In this document: one piece after another, positions 27,780-46,198 of the stretch | Layout of the letters: each line of letters begins with the position of its first letter | Position numbering within the stretch: position 1 is the first letter of the stretch | The notes under the pieces: model-generated | Seen by the model: only the letters and a program-made list of their open reading frames with translations | The model's database searches: none | What the model was told of the DNA's origin: nothing | Program-made: the position numbers and the translations under genes | NCBI RefSeq assembly: GCF_009914755.1 | Contig: NC_060930.1 | Source of the DNA: the human T2T-CHM13v2.0 reference genome, Homo sapiens | Strand: one strand, 5' to 3' | DNA: 64,000 nucleotides

Positions 27780-29064
27780 TTTTTTATTTATTTGGTTTAT
27801 AGTATTGTTCAAGTGTGCTGTTTCTTTATTGATTTTTTTATGTTGGAGTATTGAAGTTCTTTTTTTTTAATTTTATTTCTCTGACACTGGCTCTGAGGTG
27901 ACATGAAGCTTTTTATTATTATTGTATTTTTGCTCATTTCTCTTTTTAGTTCCCTTAATATTTGCTTTATATATTTACAAATGATGGTAGGTGCACACAT
28001 ATTTATTATTGTTATATCTTCCTGATGAAGAGACCTTTTATCATTATATAATGTATTTCTTTGTCTTGTGAATAAGGTCTGTTTTGTTTGACAGAAGTAT
28101 AGTCACCTCTGCTCTCATTTGGTCACTATTTGTACAGAATATCTTTTTCTATCACTTCACTTTTAGCCTATGTGTATCCTTAAATCTAAAATGAGTCTCT
28201 TGTAGACAACATATAGTTGGGTCTCTTAAAATTAACCATTTAATCACTCTATGTCTTTTGATTGGGGACTTTAATCCATTTATATTTAAAGTAATTATTG
28301 GTAGAGAAGAACTTACAATTGCCGTTTTGTTGTTTCCTGCTTTGTAGTTCTTTTGTTCTTTTTTCTCCTCTTGATGCTTTTCTTGGCATTTTATTGATTT
28401 TTTTTGTAGATATAGTCTTTATTCTCTTTCTCTTTTTCTTTTTTGTATCTTCTGTATGTATTTTTGTGTGTGGTTACCATAAGGCATATGTAAAATATTT
28501 TATTACTAAAACCATCCATTTTAAGCTGATAACAACTTAGAAGTATTAAGTATGCTTTAATTGCATGCAAATATCTCTATACTTTTACTCCCCGCTACAC
28601 AATTTATATTATTGATGTCAAAATTTGTATCTGTTTATACTGTAACTTCATTAACGAATTTTTGTAAAGTTATTCTTAATATTTTTTGACTTTTAGCTTG
28701 TGTACTAAAATTAAAATCAATTTACACACCATCATTACAGTATTATTCTGTTTATATACTTAACTCTACAAGTGAATTTTACACTTTTATATGCTTCTGT
28801 GTTGCACTTCAGCATCCTTTTATTTCAAGTTGAATAATTACCTTTAGAATTTTTATAAAGCAGTTCTGATAATAAGGTATTCCCTCAGTTTTCATTTATC
28901 TAGGACAATCTTTACCTCTCCATTTCTGAAGAACAGTTTTGCTGGGTATCGTATTCTTGGTATACAGGATTTGTCTTTCAGTACCTTGACTATATCCTAC
29001 CACTGTCTCCTGGCTGGTAAGGTTTCTGATAAGAAATCCACTGATAGTCTTATGGAGACTCCCT
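27780..29064 (-). mobile_element. Old L1M ORF2-start / ORF1 fragment
   Basis: TGAGTCTCTTGTAGACAACATATAGTTGG; GGTTTCTGATAAGAAATCCACTGATAGTCTTATGG. Confidence 0.8.
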
Positions 29065-29365
29065 TGTGCAGAGCAGTTCTCTGAGTGGCCTTGGACCAAC
29101 CCAGTTCTCTCCCTTTTCTTGCTTATAATTTTGAAGTATAACTATAGAATGTACAGGGAATGCAACATTCTCAGATAGGGAGGGACTGTCTGGAAAATCC
29201 CAGGCTCTGTTCTAGTCTTCCAAGAATAGGATGTCCTTCCATATTTTAGTCGAGTGACATGTGAGTCTGGGGTATACAGCTTAGGGTGGGCTGCTGTTTT
29301 TTAGGGTTCCTCAGCTGCAAGTGGGACACATGTAAATAGGACTCCATCCATCCTTAGGACATATT
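29065..29365 (+). mobile_element. ERVL-type LTR fragment (MER54-like)
   Basis: TGTGCAG..CAGTTCTCTGAGTGGCCTTGGACC...GGGAATGCAACATTCTCAGATAGGGAGG; family name from recall. Confidence 0.55.
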
Positions 29366-29754
29366 TTGGGCCAAAGAGATTTTATGTTGAGCTCTGCTGG
29401 CTTGGAGGAGGGGCTGACACAGGTAAAGTGAAACTGTTTCTCTTTCCCATTTTGAAGGGATTTTTCTCTGTGATGTGTTCATCTGAGCACTGCAACTTCT
29501 TAATTGGAATCTGGAGTTCTGATAAAGGCAGTTTGGCCTAAATATCTTTTTTTTTTTTGGTGTTTCTGTTGAGGAGGGGACAAGGGCTGTGATTTCCTAT
29601 TCCAGTATATTACTGAAGTCCCTCTCCCTTTATATTTGATTGCAATGTCTCTTAAGACTCTTAAACTTAGTCCCTTACAATTCCTACTTTGCTATTTTTT
29701 TCTTCATACTATGGACTTTTGGGAACTATCAGGTTAGTCCTTTTTTTGGACCCT

Positions 29755-29916
29755 TGGCACTCAAAATATAGTCTGCTGACCAGCAGTACTGGCATCAACT
29801 GGGATCTTACATGAAATGTAGAATTTCAGGTCTCTAGACCTACTGTATCAAAATATACATTTTGATAAGATTCTTAGGTGAGTTGTATGCCCATTAAATG
29901 TGAGAAACACTGCTCA
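29755..29916. mobile_element. MER5-type hAT-Charlie MITE
   Basis: ACCAGCAG..GGCATCA.CTGGGA...GACCTACTG.ATCA...TGAGAAACACTG. Confidence 0.7.
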
Positions 29917-30681
29917 TAAATGCCTTAATTCTGTATTTTTCTCTTTGATTCCTTGTGGTGTCATTTATTTATTTATTTTTTCTCCTGTATTTCCTGTAGA
30001 CAGAAGTTATCTTGATACCAGTAGCTCTCAACTTTGACTGTGAAGACTTACTTGCTGATTTATTTTGCTTCTTGAATCAGCCTGGGTCCCATTATCAGCA
30101 TTTTAAATTTTATTGACATAATGATAAGCCATATTAAAAAATAGTCGAAAGAGATTTTACCTTTTTACCTTGTCAGCTCTGGGTTTTAAATCTTGACAAA
30201 AATACTCAGATAAATCCCAAACAGTTCAGAAATCTATTTGTCTCAACTCCCAGTAGGGCTGAATTACACTGAACTTTGGAGGAATCACAAGTATATATTT
30301 AGTTTATAATAACCACTATATAATTTAACTAGAGTACACAGTTAAAGCACAATTGTATATAGCAATCTATTTATGATATAAATTTGAGTTTATTAATTTA
30401 CCAATACCTCCCTCAACTAATGATATGGGAGAAAAATCATTTATTAATATATTATAATTATTAAATCACCTATTTGGTCTTGATTCAAATTTTTATTTTC
30501 CTGATCTTCAAGTCTTGCCCTCCTCTTCCCTGAACATTACATTATTTTCTTCTTTGTATATCATATTCTTTTTATTATTTACATTTACAATCCATATCAG
30601 TATGGTTGTGTTCTTATTTTAAAACGTTTTCTCCCCCTCTAACTCTTTGATTATGACCTTGCTCGGACATCTTTTAAGTAT

Positions 30682-31175
30682 TGTGGTAGGCTGGATAATG
30701 GCCCTGCAAGGATGTTCACATTCTAATACCTAGAATCTATGAATATGTTGCCTTACATGATGGAAGGAACTTTGAAGAAATAATTAAGGATTTTGAGAAG
30801 GGGAAAATTTTCCTGGTGGGCTTATGTAATCTAGGTGGGCTTAATGTAATTACAGGGTCCTTATAACAGGGAAACAGGAGGTTCAGAGAGAAGACAGAAA
30901 CAGGAGTTGGAATTACGTACTTTGAAAATAGAAGGAGGGGCCATAAACCAAAGAAAGTATGTGGCCTTTAGAAGAGAGAAAAAGTAAGGAAACAGATTCT
31001 CCCCTAGAATCTACAGAAGGAACTCAGGCCTAATGATACCTTGATTTTAGCTCAGAAAACCTCTGATTCCAGAGTTCTGACTTTCTGAACAGTAAGATAA
31101 TAAATTGGTTAAATAATCATTTTAAGGCCTTATCATTGTGGTAATGAATTATAGCAGGAATAGGAAACTAGTACA
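30682..31175 (+). mobile_element. MLT1D-like MaLR LTR
   Basis: TGTGGTAGGCTGGATAATGGCCC...GGAAACAGATTCTCCCCTAGA...ATAGGAAACTAGTACA. Confidence 0.85.
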
Positions 31176-31439
31176 AGTATAAAGCTTTAATCAGTTTACT
31201 AAGGTCAGGTTCTAATACTTTTCTGCAAGAATAAACAAGAATGTATAGGTAAGTAAAGAGTGGGTGGAATAATATGAGTCTCTCATAACAGATATTAAGC
31301 ATATTAAAAATATTATAAAGCTATAATAATTAAAGAAGTGTGTTATTTAAACAAGTATGGACACATGTATCATGAAAGCAGAATAAGTAACACAGAGTAA
31401 GAACCTATGTATGTATATACACTTACATTATAATAAGGG

Positions 31440-32244
31440 TATAATTCCCTAATGGGTTCTTCTTGCCCACTGCCCAAATAAAACCAATTCACTGAGACTG
31501 CAGGATTGCAGTAGAGAAAGAGTTTAATTAATGCAGGGTTAGCCAAGTAGAAGACAGGAATTCATTACTCATATCAGCTTCCCTGAGAACTCCAAGGCTA
31601 GGTTTTTATGGATAATATCATGGGTAGAAGGCTAGGGAATGGGTGCTGCTGATTGGTTGGAGATGAAAATAGGGGTGTGGAAAATGGTTCTCGTGTGCTG
31701 AGTCAGCCTCAGGGTGGGGGCCACAGGACTGGTCAAGTCATGAAGCACAGGTCCAAGTAGAGCCAGTTGGTCACCAGAATGCAAAAGTCAGAAAAACATC
31801 TCAAAAGACCAATTGTAGGTTCTAAAATAGTAATGTTATCTATAAAAGCAATTGAGAAAGACAAAAATCTTGTGACTTATGGCCACATGATTCCTGAGAA
31901 GTAAGGGATTATAGAAAAGAAAGTTATGAAACAATGGCTTGTTCTCATTTAACTCTGCCTACATCTTAGGCATAATTTAGGCCTCTACCATAATCCTTAT
32001 CTTGTGGCCTTTCATTAGTTTTACACAGACAGTTTCAGTCCTCAAACAAAGAGTGGGTCAGTTTTAGGGTGGGACTATTATCATTCTTGTTTCAAAGTTA
32101 AACTATATACTACATTCCTCCCATGGTTAGCTTGGCTTACACTCAGGAATGAACAAGGACAGCCAGCCTGTAAGGCTAGAAGCAAGATGGAGTCAGCCAT
32201 GCTAGACTTCTTTTGCTGTTATAATCTTTGCAAAGGCAATTTCA
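31440..32244 (-). mobile_element. LTR8-family solo LTR (LTR8A/8B-like)
   Basis: Reverse complement starts TGAAATTGCCTTTGCAAAGATTAT...CTAGCATGGCTGACTCCATCTTGCTTCTAGCC; flanks AAGGG / AAGGC. Confidence 0.85.
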
Positions 32245-32539
32245 AAGGCAGTGCTCATTGACACTAATTGATCAGCCATACTCTTCTTCAAACATACCAT
32301 CTTGTTCTATTAAACATTCATAAATGGTGTACAGTCTACTGGTTCTCCTTTTTCTATTTTTTCTCCTGCTTGTTGCTTATATAACTCCTGTTCATCCTTA
32401 GGAATAACTTAGGTGTCACTTCTTTCAAGGATCTTTTTATGAATGCCCCAGGTACAGATTGGATGTTCTTCCTTGGTTCTCTGAGGCACAGGCTTGGTTT
32501 ATAATGTGGTAACAAGCAATCCTCTAATGTTAGATGTTT

Positions 32540-33263
32540 TGAAATCACCATTGTAAAATTATAACTGAGACAATGACAGAGATCTGAGCTAACCGACTCC
32601 TTCTTGCTTCTAACCTCCAAGCTGTCTCTGTTCATTCCTGGGTGTAGGGTGAATTAACTTTGGGAGGAACTTAGCTTATAGTTTATAGTTTGAAACAAAG
32701 ATGGTAACAGCCCTTTCCCAAAACAAATCTCCTTCTTGCTTGGGGACTAGATTGCCTTTGTAGGACTAACAAAGTAGCCACAAGATTAGAAATTATAGTT
32801 TAGGGGCCATGCAGCTGGAAGCTACAAGATTCCAAAACTCCCCAAATTGCTGCTGGGTATAACATCACTATTGTATAACCTAAGAGCAGTGCTTGAGATA
32901 GTTTGCAGACCCTGCACTTTATGGATCACTTGGCACCACTCAGATTGATAAACTGGCTCATCCAATCTTGTGGACCCCACCCAGGAACTGATACAGCACA
33001 AGTAGACAGCTTCGACTCCCTATGATTTCATCTCTGACCTGACCAATCAGCACTCCCAACTCACTGGCCCCACCACCTACCAAATTATCCTTAAAAACTC
33101 TGATCCTTGAATACTTGGGGAGTCTGATTTGAGTAATAATAAAACTCCAGCCTCCTGCATAGCCAGCTCTGTGTGAATTACCGTTTCTCTATTGCAATTC
33201 CCCTGTCTTGATAAAACAGCTCTGTCTAGGCAGTGGGCAAGGTGAACCCATTGGGCAGTTACA
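32540..33263 (+). mobile_element. LTR8 solo LTR
   Basis: TGAAATCACC..AAAATTATAACTGAGACA...CTAACCGACTCC...GGCAAGGTGAACCCATTGGGCAGTTACA. Confidence 0.88.
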
Positions 33264-33764
33264 AATTAACACAATAAAAGAGTATTTCTTATTCATACAA
33301 TTTCCATTGCAGAGTTGTTTTCTATTCTTCAGAGTTGTTTTCCTACAAATTATGGCTTAGCCATCTAGTTGGCTTCAGTCTTTTAGTCCTGTCAAAATTG
33401 AATTGAGATGGCTCAATTCAAGGCCTCCCTACAACTGGCACAGTGGAGGAAGGGTGAAACTGGAAAATAAGGCTTTTCATTGCCTCAGTCCAGAAGTGGC
33501 ATCTTACTTTTGCTCACATTTCACTGGCTTTAACTATTCATATTTTCCTGCACAATAAGGAGCTGAGAGGTTCATTCTTCCACGTGCCTGGAAAGGAAGG
33601 AGAACTGGATAGTAGTAAAGCACAATAATGCCTACTGCACGCTCTGACCTTAGCTTGAGTGTATCACTTACTGCAGCCTACTGTAGTTACATAGACGGTG
33701 GGGAGACACGATGTGGTTAGACTCTGCAATTCTATCAAATATTCTCCCATGCTAGGGTCAATCT

Positions 33765-33980
33765 AGTACAAGGGTTAGAGAATGAACCTTAGAATCAAGT
33801 TGGATCTGAATTTAATTCTCAGCTCCACTACTTAACTTACTGTATGACCTTGGCAAGTTATTTCACCATCATGAGTCTCAGTTTCCTAAATCATAAAATG
33901 AGCTTAATAATATCTATCTAATAGTATTATTATAAGATTATAGAATTTAATGGATATAAAGTTCCTGTTCCTGGTACTCC
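33765..33980 (+). mobile_element. MIR
   Basis: CAGCTCCACTACTTA...TGACCTTGGCAAGTTA...TCTCAGTTTCCT...TAAAATG core. Confidence 0.75.
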
Positions 33981-33983
33981 ACC

Positions 33984-34651
<668 letters not shown>

Positions 34652-35688
34652 CCACCTGACATACAGTAGGAGCTAAATAAAAAGCAGTCTTTATTATTAC
34701 CTAGTCTTTGAGCTGCACCTCCCAGGGACATTATCTTTGTCTTTCAAATTTTTATTTCTTTCTCCCCTTTGACTCTTATCTTCAGTTGCAAATAATAATT
34801 ATCTTTCCTAAGTTAAAAATAAAAAACCACTCAAAACAAACTAAAACTTTGCTTTAGGCTATTTTTCCATTTCCCTCTTTCTTATCACCAAACTCAAATG
34901 TTTTCTGTTGTGTTGTTTTTCACTAGCTACTTCTACTTTTAAAAGTTCCCATTCACTGCTTGGCTCATCATAATCTTTGTTTTCCTATTTACTGAAGCTA
35001 TTCTCTTGCAGCTTATAACCAGCCTCCTAATCACGAAGTTATTAAACTGCACAAGCGTTTCACCTTGCAGGTCTTTCTTGTGGTTTGACATTTAATTATT
35101 TTTTTGCCCTTGATAATGGCATGTAATGACATACCTCTTACCCTTCTCACCATTCCCAAACCTTCTTCCTGGTTCAATTTATTTTCCTGTCCCCTCCGGC
35201 AGGATCTGCAGAAGGTTCATTTTTTGGCCCTCTTCTCTTCTCTCACATGCCTCCCCGTGGCACTCACATTCCCTCCCAAAGCTTGAAAATATCACCTTTA
35301 GACAGGCATCTTCTATGTCTAGCCTCTCCTCTGAACTCTCTTCTAGCTTCCCAATTGCCTAATCAAAATTTCTCAGACTTTTTGTTCCTGCACTCAAATT
35401 TACTGTGTCCCACTTGGATTCTGTACCCATTTGGCCATTGTTCATGGTTCTATTTCAGCATGTACACATAGAATCCCATATTATAGTTATTTGGAACATT
35501 ACATTGCAGTCGTAAACTCCTTGGGACAGGAGTTATCTAAAGATAGTCTTTATCTTCTTGCCTTCCCTCTTTATTTTCATATTAAAATTTAGTAATCATC
35601 TATATCACCATCAGGATAATTATAATATGCTAATTATGATATGTGTAATATATACTTCAAAATAAATGTTCACATTAAAAATGTGACA

Positions 35689-36036
35689 CAGTAGTTCTCT
35701 GATACCCTCAGGGGATACATTCCAAGACCTCCAGTGGATGCCTGAAACCATGGATAGTATTGAACTTTCTATATACTATGTTTCTTTCCTACACATATGT
35801 GCCTATAATAAAGTCTAATTTATAAATTAGGCATACTAAGAGATTAACAACAATAGCTAATAATAAAATAGAACAATTACAACAACATACTGTAATGCAA
35901 ATTATGTGAATGTGTCTCTCTCTATCTCTCTCTTTCAAAATATCCCATTGTACTGTCCTCCCCTATTTTGGATTGTGGCTAATGACAGGTAACTGAAATT
36001 ATGGAAAGCAATACTGTGTATAAGGGAAAACTACTG
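35689..36036. mobile_element. MER2 (Tigger-derived MITE)
   Basis: CAGTAGT...GGGGATACATTCCAAGAC..CAGTGGATGCCTGAAACC...ACTACTG with inverted termini. Confidence 0.88.
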
Positions 36037-36408
36037 GTTAGTGTGATTGAGCATAGTTGGAATCACCACACTTCAAACTGTTAGAGAAATGAAAAGTCTC
36101 TTGCTTACTGATTTTATAGTATAAAGTTATTATTTCCTCTTTATTTACATTTCAGGGCCATCAGATGTGCACCACTGGGGATGTTAAATTAGGGTTAGAG
36201 GTGCACCATTGCCAAGATGGGGAAGACAGAGCCCACATTTTCCAAAAGAACTTGAAAGCTTGTGAATGAATGCAATGTCCTCTTATCTCCCTGCATCTGT
36301 TCTTCATTTTTCCACTCTCTCTATAGAGGAAATCTAATCATGTCACTCTTCTGCTTGAAATCCTTCAAGAGCTTTCAATGGCCTTTAGGATAAAATATAA
36401 GCTTCTTA

Positions 36409-36677
<269 letters not shown>

Positions 36678-37799
36678 TGACTCCTTAACATTTCCCCATG
36701 TTAAGCTTATGCGCCAGTGGAATAGACCTACTCACAGATCTTCAAATAATCCATGTTTTCTTAAACTTTTCAGCATTTGCACATGCCATACTCTGCCTAG
36801 AACAGATATCCTCTGCCTCTGTAGTAAATTCTTCTTCCTTCAAGACATGACAGAGCTACTCAGGAAAGTCTTACCTGGCTGAGGCCTTGCTTTACTTACT
36901 TAACATATTCACACAAGCCACACACACACGCACACACACAAGCACACACGCACACGTGCAGGGAGATGGGGGGTAGAGAGAGAAAGAGAGAGAGAAAGAT
37001 TTGGCCTTACTCTTTGCATTAAATTGGCTTCCATAACTAGGGAAATGGCCTTGTGTTCTAGTCCTAAAGAGATGGTAGTCTTAAGGAGATAACAAACAGA
37101 GGAAAACAAGAAGCAGAAAATTCTACTACCAACACCTATGAAATACATGTTATATATATTATATACATAGGCAAGTATAAATGCATAGTTGATCATACAA
37201 GGAAGAATAGAGCCTCCCCTGGTGGCAAACTGAAGTGTGTGAAAACATGAGCTGTTGTGACTGCCCTGAAGTAGTCTTGGTCTCAATAGTACAGAGGCTT
37301 AGAGTTTAAAATCCTCATGGGAACAGAAACTGAAGCTTTGTATTCAAAACAAGAGGGGGATTGAAATGGAGACCACTGAATAAATATGGGACTTTCAAAA
37401 GTACTGGACTTCAGGGAAACCCTCAGAGAAAGAGTGTTCTAAGAAAAAAAAAATCTACTCACTGGTACAGAGAAGACAAGGACGCTAAAAGTAACAGCTG
37501 AAACAAAAGAGAATTTTCTGAGAATTCAAATTCCAAACTTGTGTTTCATGCAGGCTCAAGATTCAAAATAATAACTTCTCACAAAGTCTGGAAACCTTGA
37601 AAGAAAGAGATTGGTATAAAAATTGGACCCAGCAGGGTGATTCTCTTGGGGCATGTAAAAGAAGCAAATATAAAACTTTCAGGGAGGCATGCCCTCAACA
37701 GATGCTATTCAGCAACAATTTATAAGTCAACAGACACAGCAATGGGGATAATCGGAACCCCAAGAATTTCAGCTCCTAGGGCACTGGTCGAGATTATAA

Positions 37800-39950
<2,151 letters not shown>

Positions 39951-41507
39951 AACGTTATATATAGTAGACACCAAGTGGAGATATGAATTGGATATATAAA
40001 CAGGGAGCTTGAAGAGATGTGGGCTGAAAGATACATTTGGCAGTTATCTGAATACATTTTTTGAAAGCATGAGTATTCACAGTCATCAAGGAGAGTTAGT
40101 AGTGAAGAAAACCCAATTTAGAACCCTGGGATTTCCAACAATTACAGATCAAATTGAGAGAAAGAGAATCAAGCAAATAAAATCCAGAAAAGCAGCCTCA
40201 CTAGTAAAGAGAGAGAGAGGGAAGTAAGGAGAGCTCTCATGTTGCTTGTCTTCACTGATTCCTACTTTAAATGTGTTCATGAGAGGTCATGATGCCCAAA
40301 GCTATGTCAGCCAGTTGGAAGCATGAGGGTGCACGGTTGAGGATAAAAAGCCAATATGCTAAGGGTGGAGGATGAGGAGAGAAAAAACATGACATTATAG
40401 AGCCAACTAATCCAGAAACTCACTATATCTATAATTCTGTTATATGCGATAAGCATGTATTTTGTAATGTCATTGCTAGTTGTATTTTCTGTTACTTGAA
40501 GCCAATAGCATCTTATTATGCCCAGTGACAATTTTAAAAGTCCATCTTATTCCCAGTTAAAGGAAATGTGTGTTGAATAAATGGCACTAGTGTTTCACTG
40601 GGGTTGCAAAGATAACTAAGACAAGTCCCAGCCCAAGATTTCATAGTTTAGGAGAGAGAAATTTACATTTAAAGCCATAAGAGATGGTAGGACCTTGAAG
40701 ACTTTTGATCACGGATATGAGATAATAAAGGCAGTGCTTTAGAAACACTAGTTTGTTGTCATAATAAAAATGATTATGCACCTTGGGTACATATATCTGT
40801 CTATTTAGCATATTTTATTTTATTTGAACCTTATAACAAATCAATCAGGAAGGTATTGCCCATGTTTTATAAATGAAGAAATAGGTTTATGAACTGAAAT
40901 AATTTGCTTAGGATCAGATAGTGATAAGATTGAAACTAAGTTTGTTTAGCACCAGAAGCCAGGCTCTTACCTGCTTTCTTCCATGCTATGCCGTGCCTCC
41001 TGTGGCACCATCTGCCTTTATCTCACACACTTCATTGACCCAACACAGGATGGCCAGAAGGGAGGAAAAGTGAGCATCAAGGAAACCAATTAAGGTAGGA
41101 GAGAGGCAGTGTAGCAAGGGAAAAGGAAAGATCAAGATGGTAGGCATTTCTGAGAGGAAGAGTGAGCCTTAATGACAGACTGGAGACATGGGATGAAGAA
41201 TGCTGAAGCTTCAAAGGGATGTCAAGGTTACGGCACAGTTCCTTTCTTTTGAAAGAACACTTGGTATTTATTGCCTCCGTTCCTTCATGTGCTTTTAACA
41301 TATGATCATCTAGTTTTTGCTTCAAATTTTCTCTCTTTTTTTGTGGAAACTGTTCTCTAGGTATGTACCCTTGGCCTACTCATTGAAAATTACATAGATA
41401 TAGATATCCATATATTTTTTCTATTCTCCCGATGCTTCTGTATTTTCTTTAAATTTTCTCCTTCATTGGCTTCTCCAAAATTAATTTATCCCTAGAGAAG
41501 CTCATTC

Positions 41508-41803
<296 letters not shown>

Positions 41804-42457
41804 TTGTTCTATCTTTCAAAATCTCTCCTTCCCCTAAACATTTGCCTACCTCCAGAATTACTTTGGATGCCACATTTCTTACCTATCGTTTTGCTTGGCT
41901 CCAGTTTTTTTCTTCTGTCTTCTAAATGAGCATATATGGTATGTACTTTGCTGTAATGATCTTTACCTAAGTTTAGTCTCCTCCTAGAAATCTTCCAAAC
42001 AATTCTCATCCTTTGACACGCCATACTTCTTTCTGCCTTGTTGCTTATAACAATCACATAACATTTTATACATATGCTTATTTGTACCAATATATGCCTT
42101 GTTTAAGGAGTAATTTTCATGTATCTTGATAGTCCCCATAGTGCCTAGCATTCTTGCATTTAGTAGACAATTATTCATTCATTTCTTTATTCCTTCAACA
42201 AATACTTGAATGGGAGGAACAAAAAGGGGAAAAGCAGAATAAATAACTATAAAAAGTGTGAAACAGGAAAAAGAAATAAGGTGTTAATTTGAGGAAGATT
42301 TGAAAACCTGTATTCTATTTTATTTTATCTTTTTTAACCTGATAGCCTTGGACTTGTTTAAAATCCAATGAGAGGTAGAACACACAAGGGAGAGAAGTAA
42401 GCAAAGGGTTATGAAGAGATCCTCTAGAAGGATGCTGCAGCTAAGAGTTACAGGTGT

Positions 42458-42812
<355 letters not shown>

Positions 42813-42917
42813 CTATAAGCAGCCAGTGTGTTATGCAAATTTGTTTTTAAGTAGACCATTTTGTGAAAAATATTAGGAAGCCCTTTTGTGAGGTTCCCAA
42901 GAAAGTAGATGAGGATG

Positions 42918-43348
42918 TGTATGAGTCAGAGTACTCTAGATAAATAGAACCAGATATATCTATACATCTATATAGAGAAAGACAGAGAAAAAAGAGATTG
43001 ATTTTAAGGAGTTGGCTCACCATATTGTGGGGGCTGGCAAGTCTGAAATTCGTAGGGCAGGATGCCAGCAGGCTGGAAATTTTGGCAGGAGTCAATGTTG
43101 CAGTCTCAAGTTTGAAGGCAGAATTCCTTCTTCTTCTGGGTACCTCAGTCTTTTCCCTAAAGGCCTTCAACTTACTGAATGAGGTCCACCTACATTACGG
43201 AGAGTAATTTGTTTACTCAAAGTCTACTGATTTAAATGTTAATCACATCTGAAAAAAAATAGCTTCATAGCAACAGCTAGACTGGTGTTTGACTAAACAA
43301 CTGTGTACCATAGCCTAGCCAAGGTAACACATCAAATTAATCATCACA
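42918..43348 (-). mobile_element. MLT2D-like ERVL LTR
   Basis: GGCTGGCAAGTCTGAAAT...TTTACTCAAAGTCTACTGATTTAAATGTTAATCACATC...CATAGCCTAGCCAAG. Confidence 0.85.
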
Positions 43349-44282
43349 AGATGGAAGCCAAAGGGACAGGTGAAAGTTCGGCTTTGGGTAGGAGGAGGGT
43401 CACCTCCACCAATGTAAAAGGAGAAATGTGGATGGAAACTAATGTGGATGTTTAGGTAACTCCAAATCTATGGCTTCTATTTCCTCTGTGAAGCTGGGAT
43501 GAGAGGAGGAAATCAATGGTTTAAAGATAGTGATAGGTTTGCAAAATTTACTTAGGTGAGTGGGAGAGTAGTTGCCAAGTGAAATAGACTGAGACTGCTG
43601 AGAAGAGCTAAAGGTTGGTGATTACAGTCTTATGAGGGGTGTAAATGCTAATAAATGCTCACAACACAGCTATTTCACTCTATTTAAGATGGTATCTTTT
43701 CAAGTATTGACACAGTATTGCTCTTTACTTTCTGCTAGCAAACATCACCCTTTGGTTAACTTCTATGCGCCCTTCTATAATCTCTTATTTCATGGATTAG
43801 ACCTACTGAGTGTTAACTGTGGTAACACTTGTCTGGGGACCTTATTATTTTTTGTCTTGTAAGACTACACATCTAATAAATAACACAATTAAGGGTGGTG
43901 CACAGGAGACATGGTGAATGAGCTTAAGGAGAAGGATGTTGTTGTTGAGGCTACTTTAAATGCTAGAAGTACTTTATAGGCTTTTAGCATAGACTCACTG
44001 CTCTGTGACTCAATAATAACACACTTCTTTAGCCATCATTCAAAGGACAAGTGTACACACTGTGCAATAGGGACTCCATACGTATTTGAAAATACAAATG
44101 AAGATGTGGCTTTTCTTGATTCTATTTTCCACATCTTTGCCTATTTGCATATTATGTTAGCTCTAGAAAATGGCTAGGAGGCAGACTTTTTCCACAACTG
44201 TCAATCCAGTGTTCTCCTCTTCTTGTTTGTTTGAATTATCTGATAAGCGGCACTTATTTATTTGAGAGGTAGCAAAAGGTAA

Positions 44283-44633
<351 letters not shown>

Positions 44634-44911
44634 TAGGTGATGGCAAACTCATATCCTTCCAGAAATATATAACATATTTGCTGTAGCCAAACTAATACAT
44701 GTACTGGCAGATCTCGTAATCTTGGATCTATGTTTTAGTTCAGACTTTATCACGTACTAGAGCTTTGATTTGGATAATCTGCCTTCTGTTGGCTTCATTT
44801 CATTTATCTGTAAAATGTTAATAATGCTTGTTTTACCTGGGGCATAGGATTATGATAAAGGTTATATAATATAATGTTATATAATAGAAACTTCAGATAT
44901 ACAAATATACA

Positions 44912-45371
44912 TGTATTAGTCAGGGTTCTCCACAGAAGCAAAACCAATATGGGGTGTGTGTGTGTGTGTATTCAAGAGAGAATTTATTTTACGGAATTGG
45001 TTCGTGTGATTATGCGGACTGGCAAGTCTGAAATCCATAAACAGGAGAGCAGGTTGAAAATTCCAGGAAGAGCTGGTGTTGTAGTATAGAGTCCCACACT
45101 TGCCGGCTGGAAATTTAGGCAGGATTTCTATGTTACACTCTTGAGTTAGAATTGCTTCTTCTTCAGGAAACCTCAGTCTTTGCTCTTAATGGCTTTGATT
45201 AATTAGATGAGGCTCACCCATGATATGAGAGTAATCTGCTTTACTCGAGGTTTACCTTTTAAATGTTAATCGTATATAAAAACACCTTCACAGAAACATG
45301 CAGTCTAGTATATACTAAACAACTGGGGTACAATTGCCTAGCCTAGTTGACACGTAAAATTAAGCAGCACA
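44912..45371 (-). mobile_element. MLT2D-like ERVL LTR
   Basis: TGTATTAGTCAGGGTTCTCCA...CTGGCAAGTCTGAAATC...GCCTAGCCTAGTTGACACGTAAAATTAA. Confidence 0.85.
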
Positions 45372-45873
45372 ATACAGCATTAAGATGAATATCTGGGCTC
45401 TTGATTTAGGTTGCCTGAATTTAATTCTAACTCTACCTTTGGGAGCTAAGAGTCCTTCAGCAAATATTGCATTCTTTCTGTGATTCAGTGTTCTCATCTG
45501 TTAAACCACCTTACAGAGCTGTTGTGAGATTCAATATAGAACACACATGTAGTGTGTTCAGAATAAGATAGTATGGAGTAAATGTGCAGTAAATTTGGCT
45601 ACTATTAAACAAAAGCCATTATTATTACTGTTATTAAATCTGAAAATATAACAATATACAAATTTTAAATAAAAAAGAAATTTTTCTGTTTGCTAGTCCT
45701 GCTGTTTTCCCTTTCCTCTGGGTCTGAGTATAAGGACAGCAGTCAGTCATCCTGGATTTACCGAAACAGTCACACTTTCAATATTCTGCCTTATTATTCC
45801 CATTCACATACTCTGTCAGACCTTTCATTCTGATGTGTGGTTCACAAAATATGCATGCCATACATGGTGATGA

Positions 45874-46198
<325 letters not shown>

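Noticed and set aside
31440-33263. LTR8 pair as the two ends of one provirus
   Set aside because: Opposite orientation, different subtypes, and no PBS or internal sequence between them
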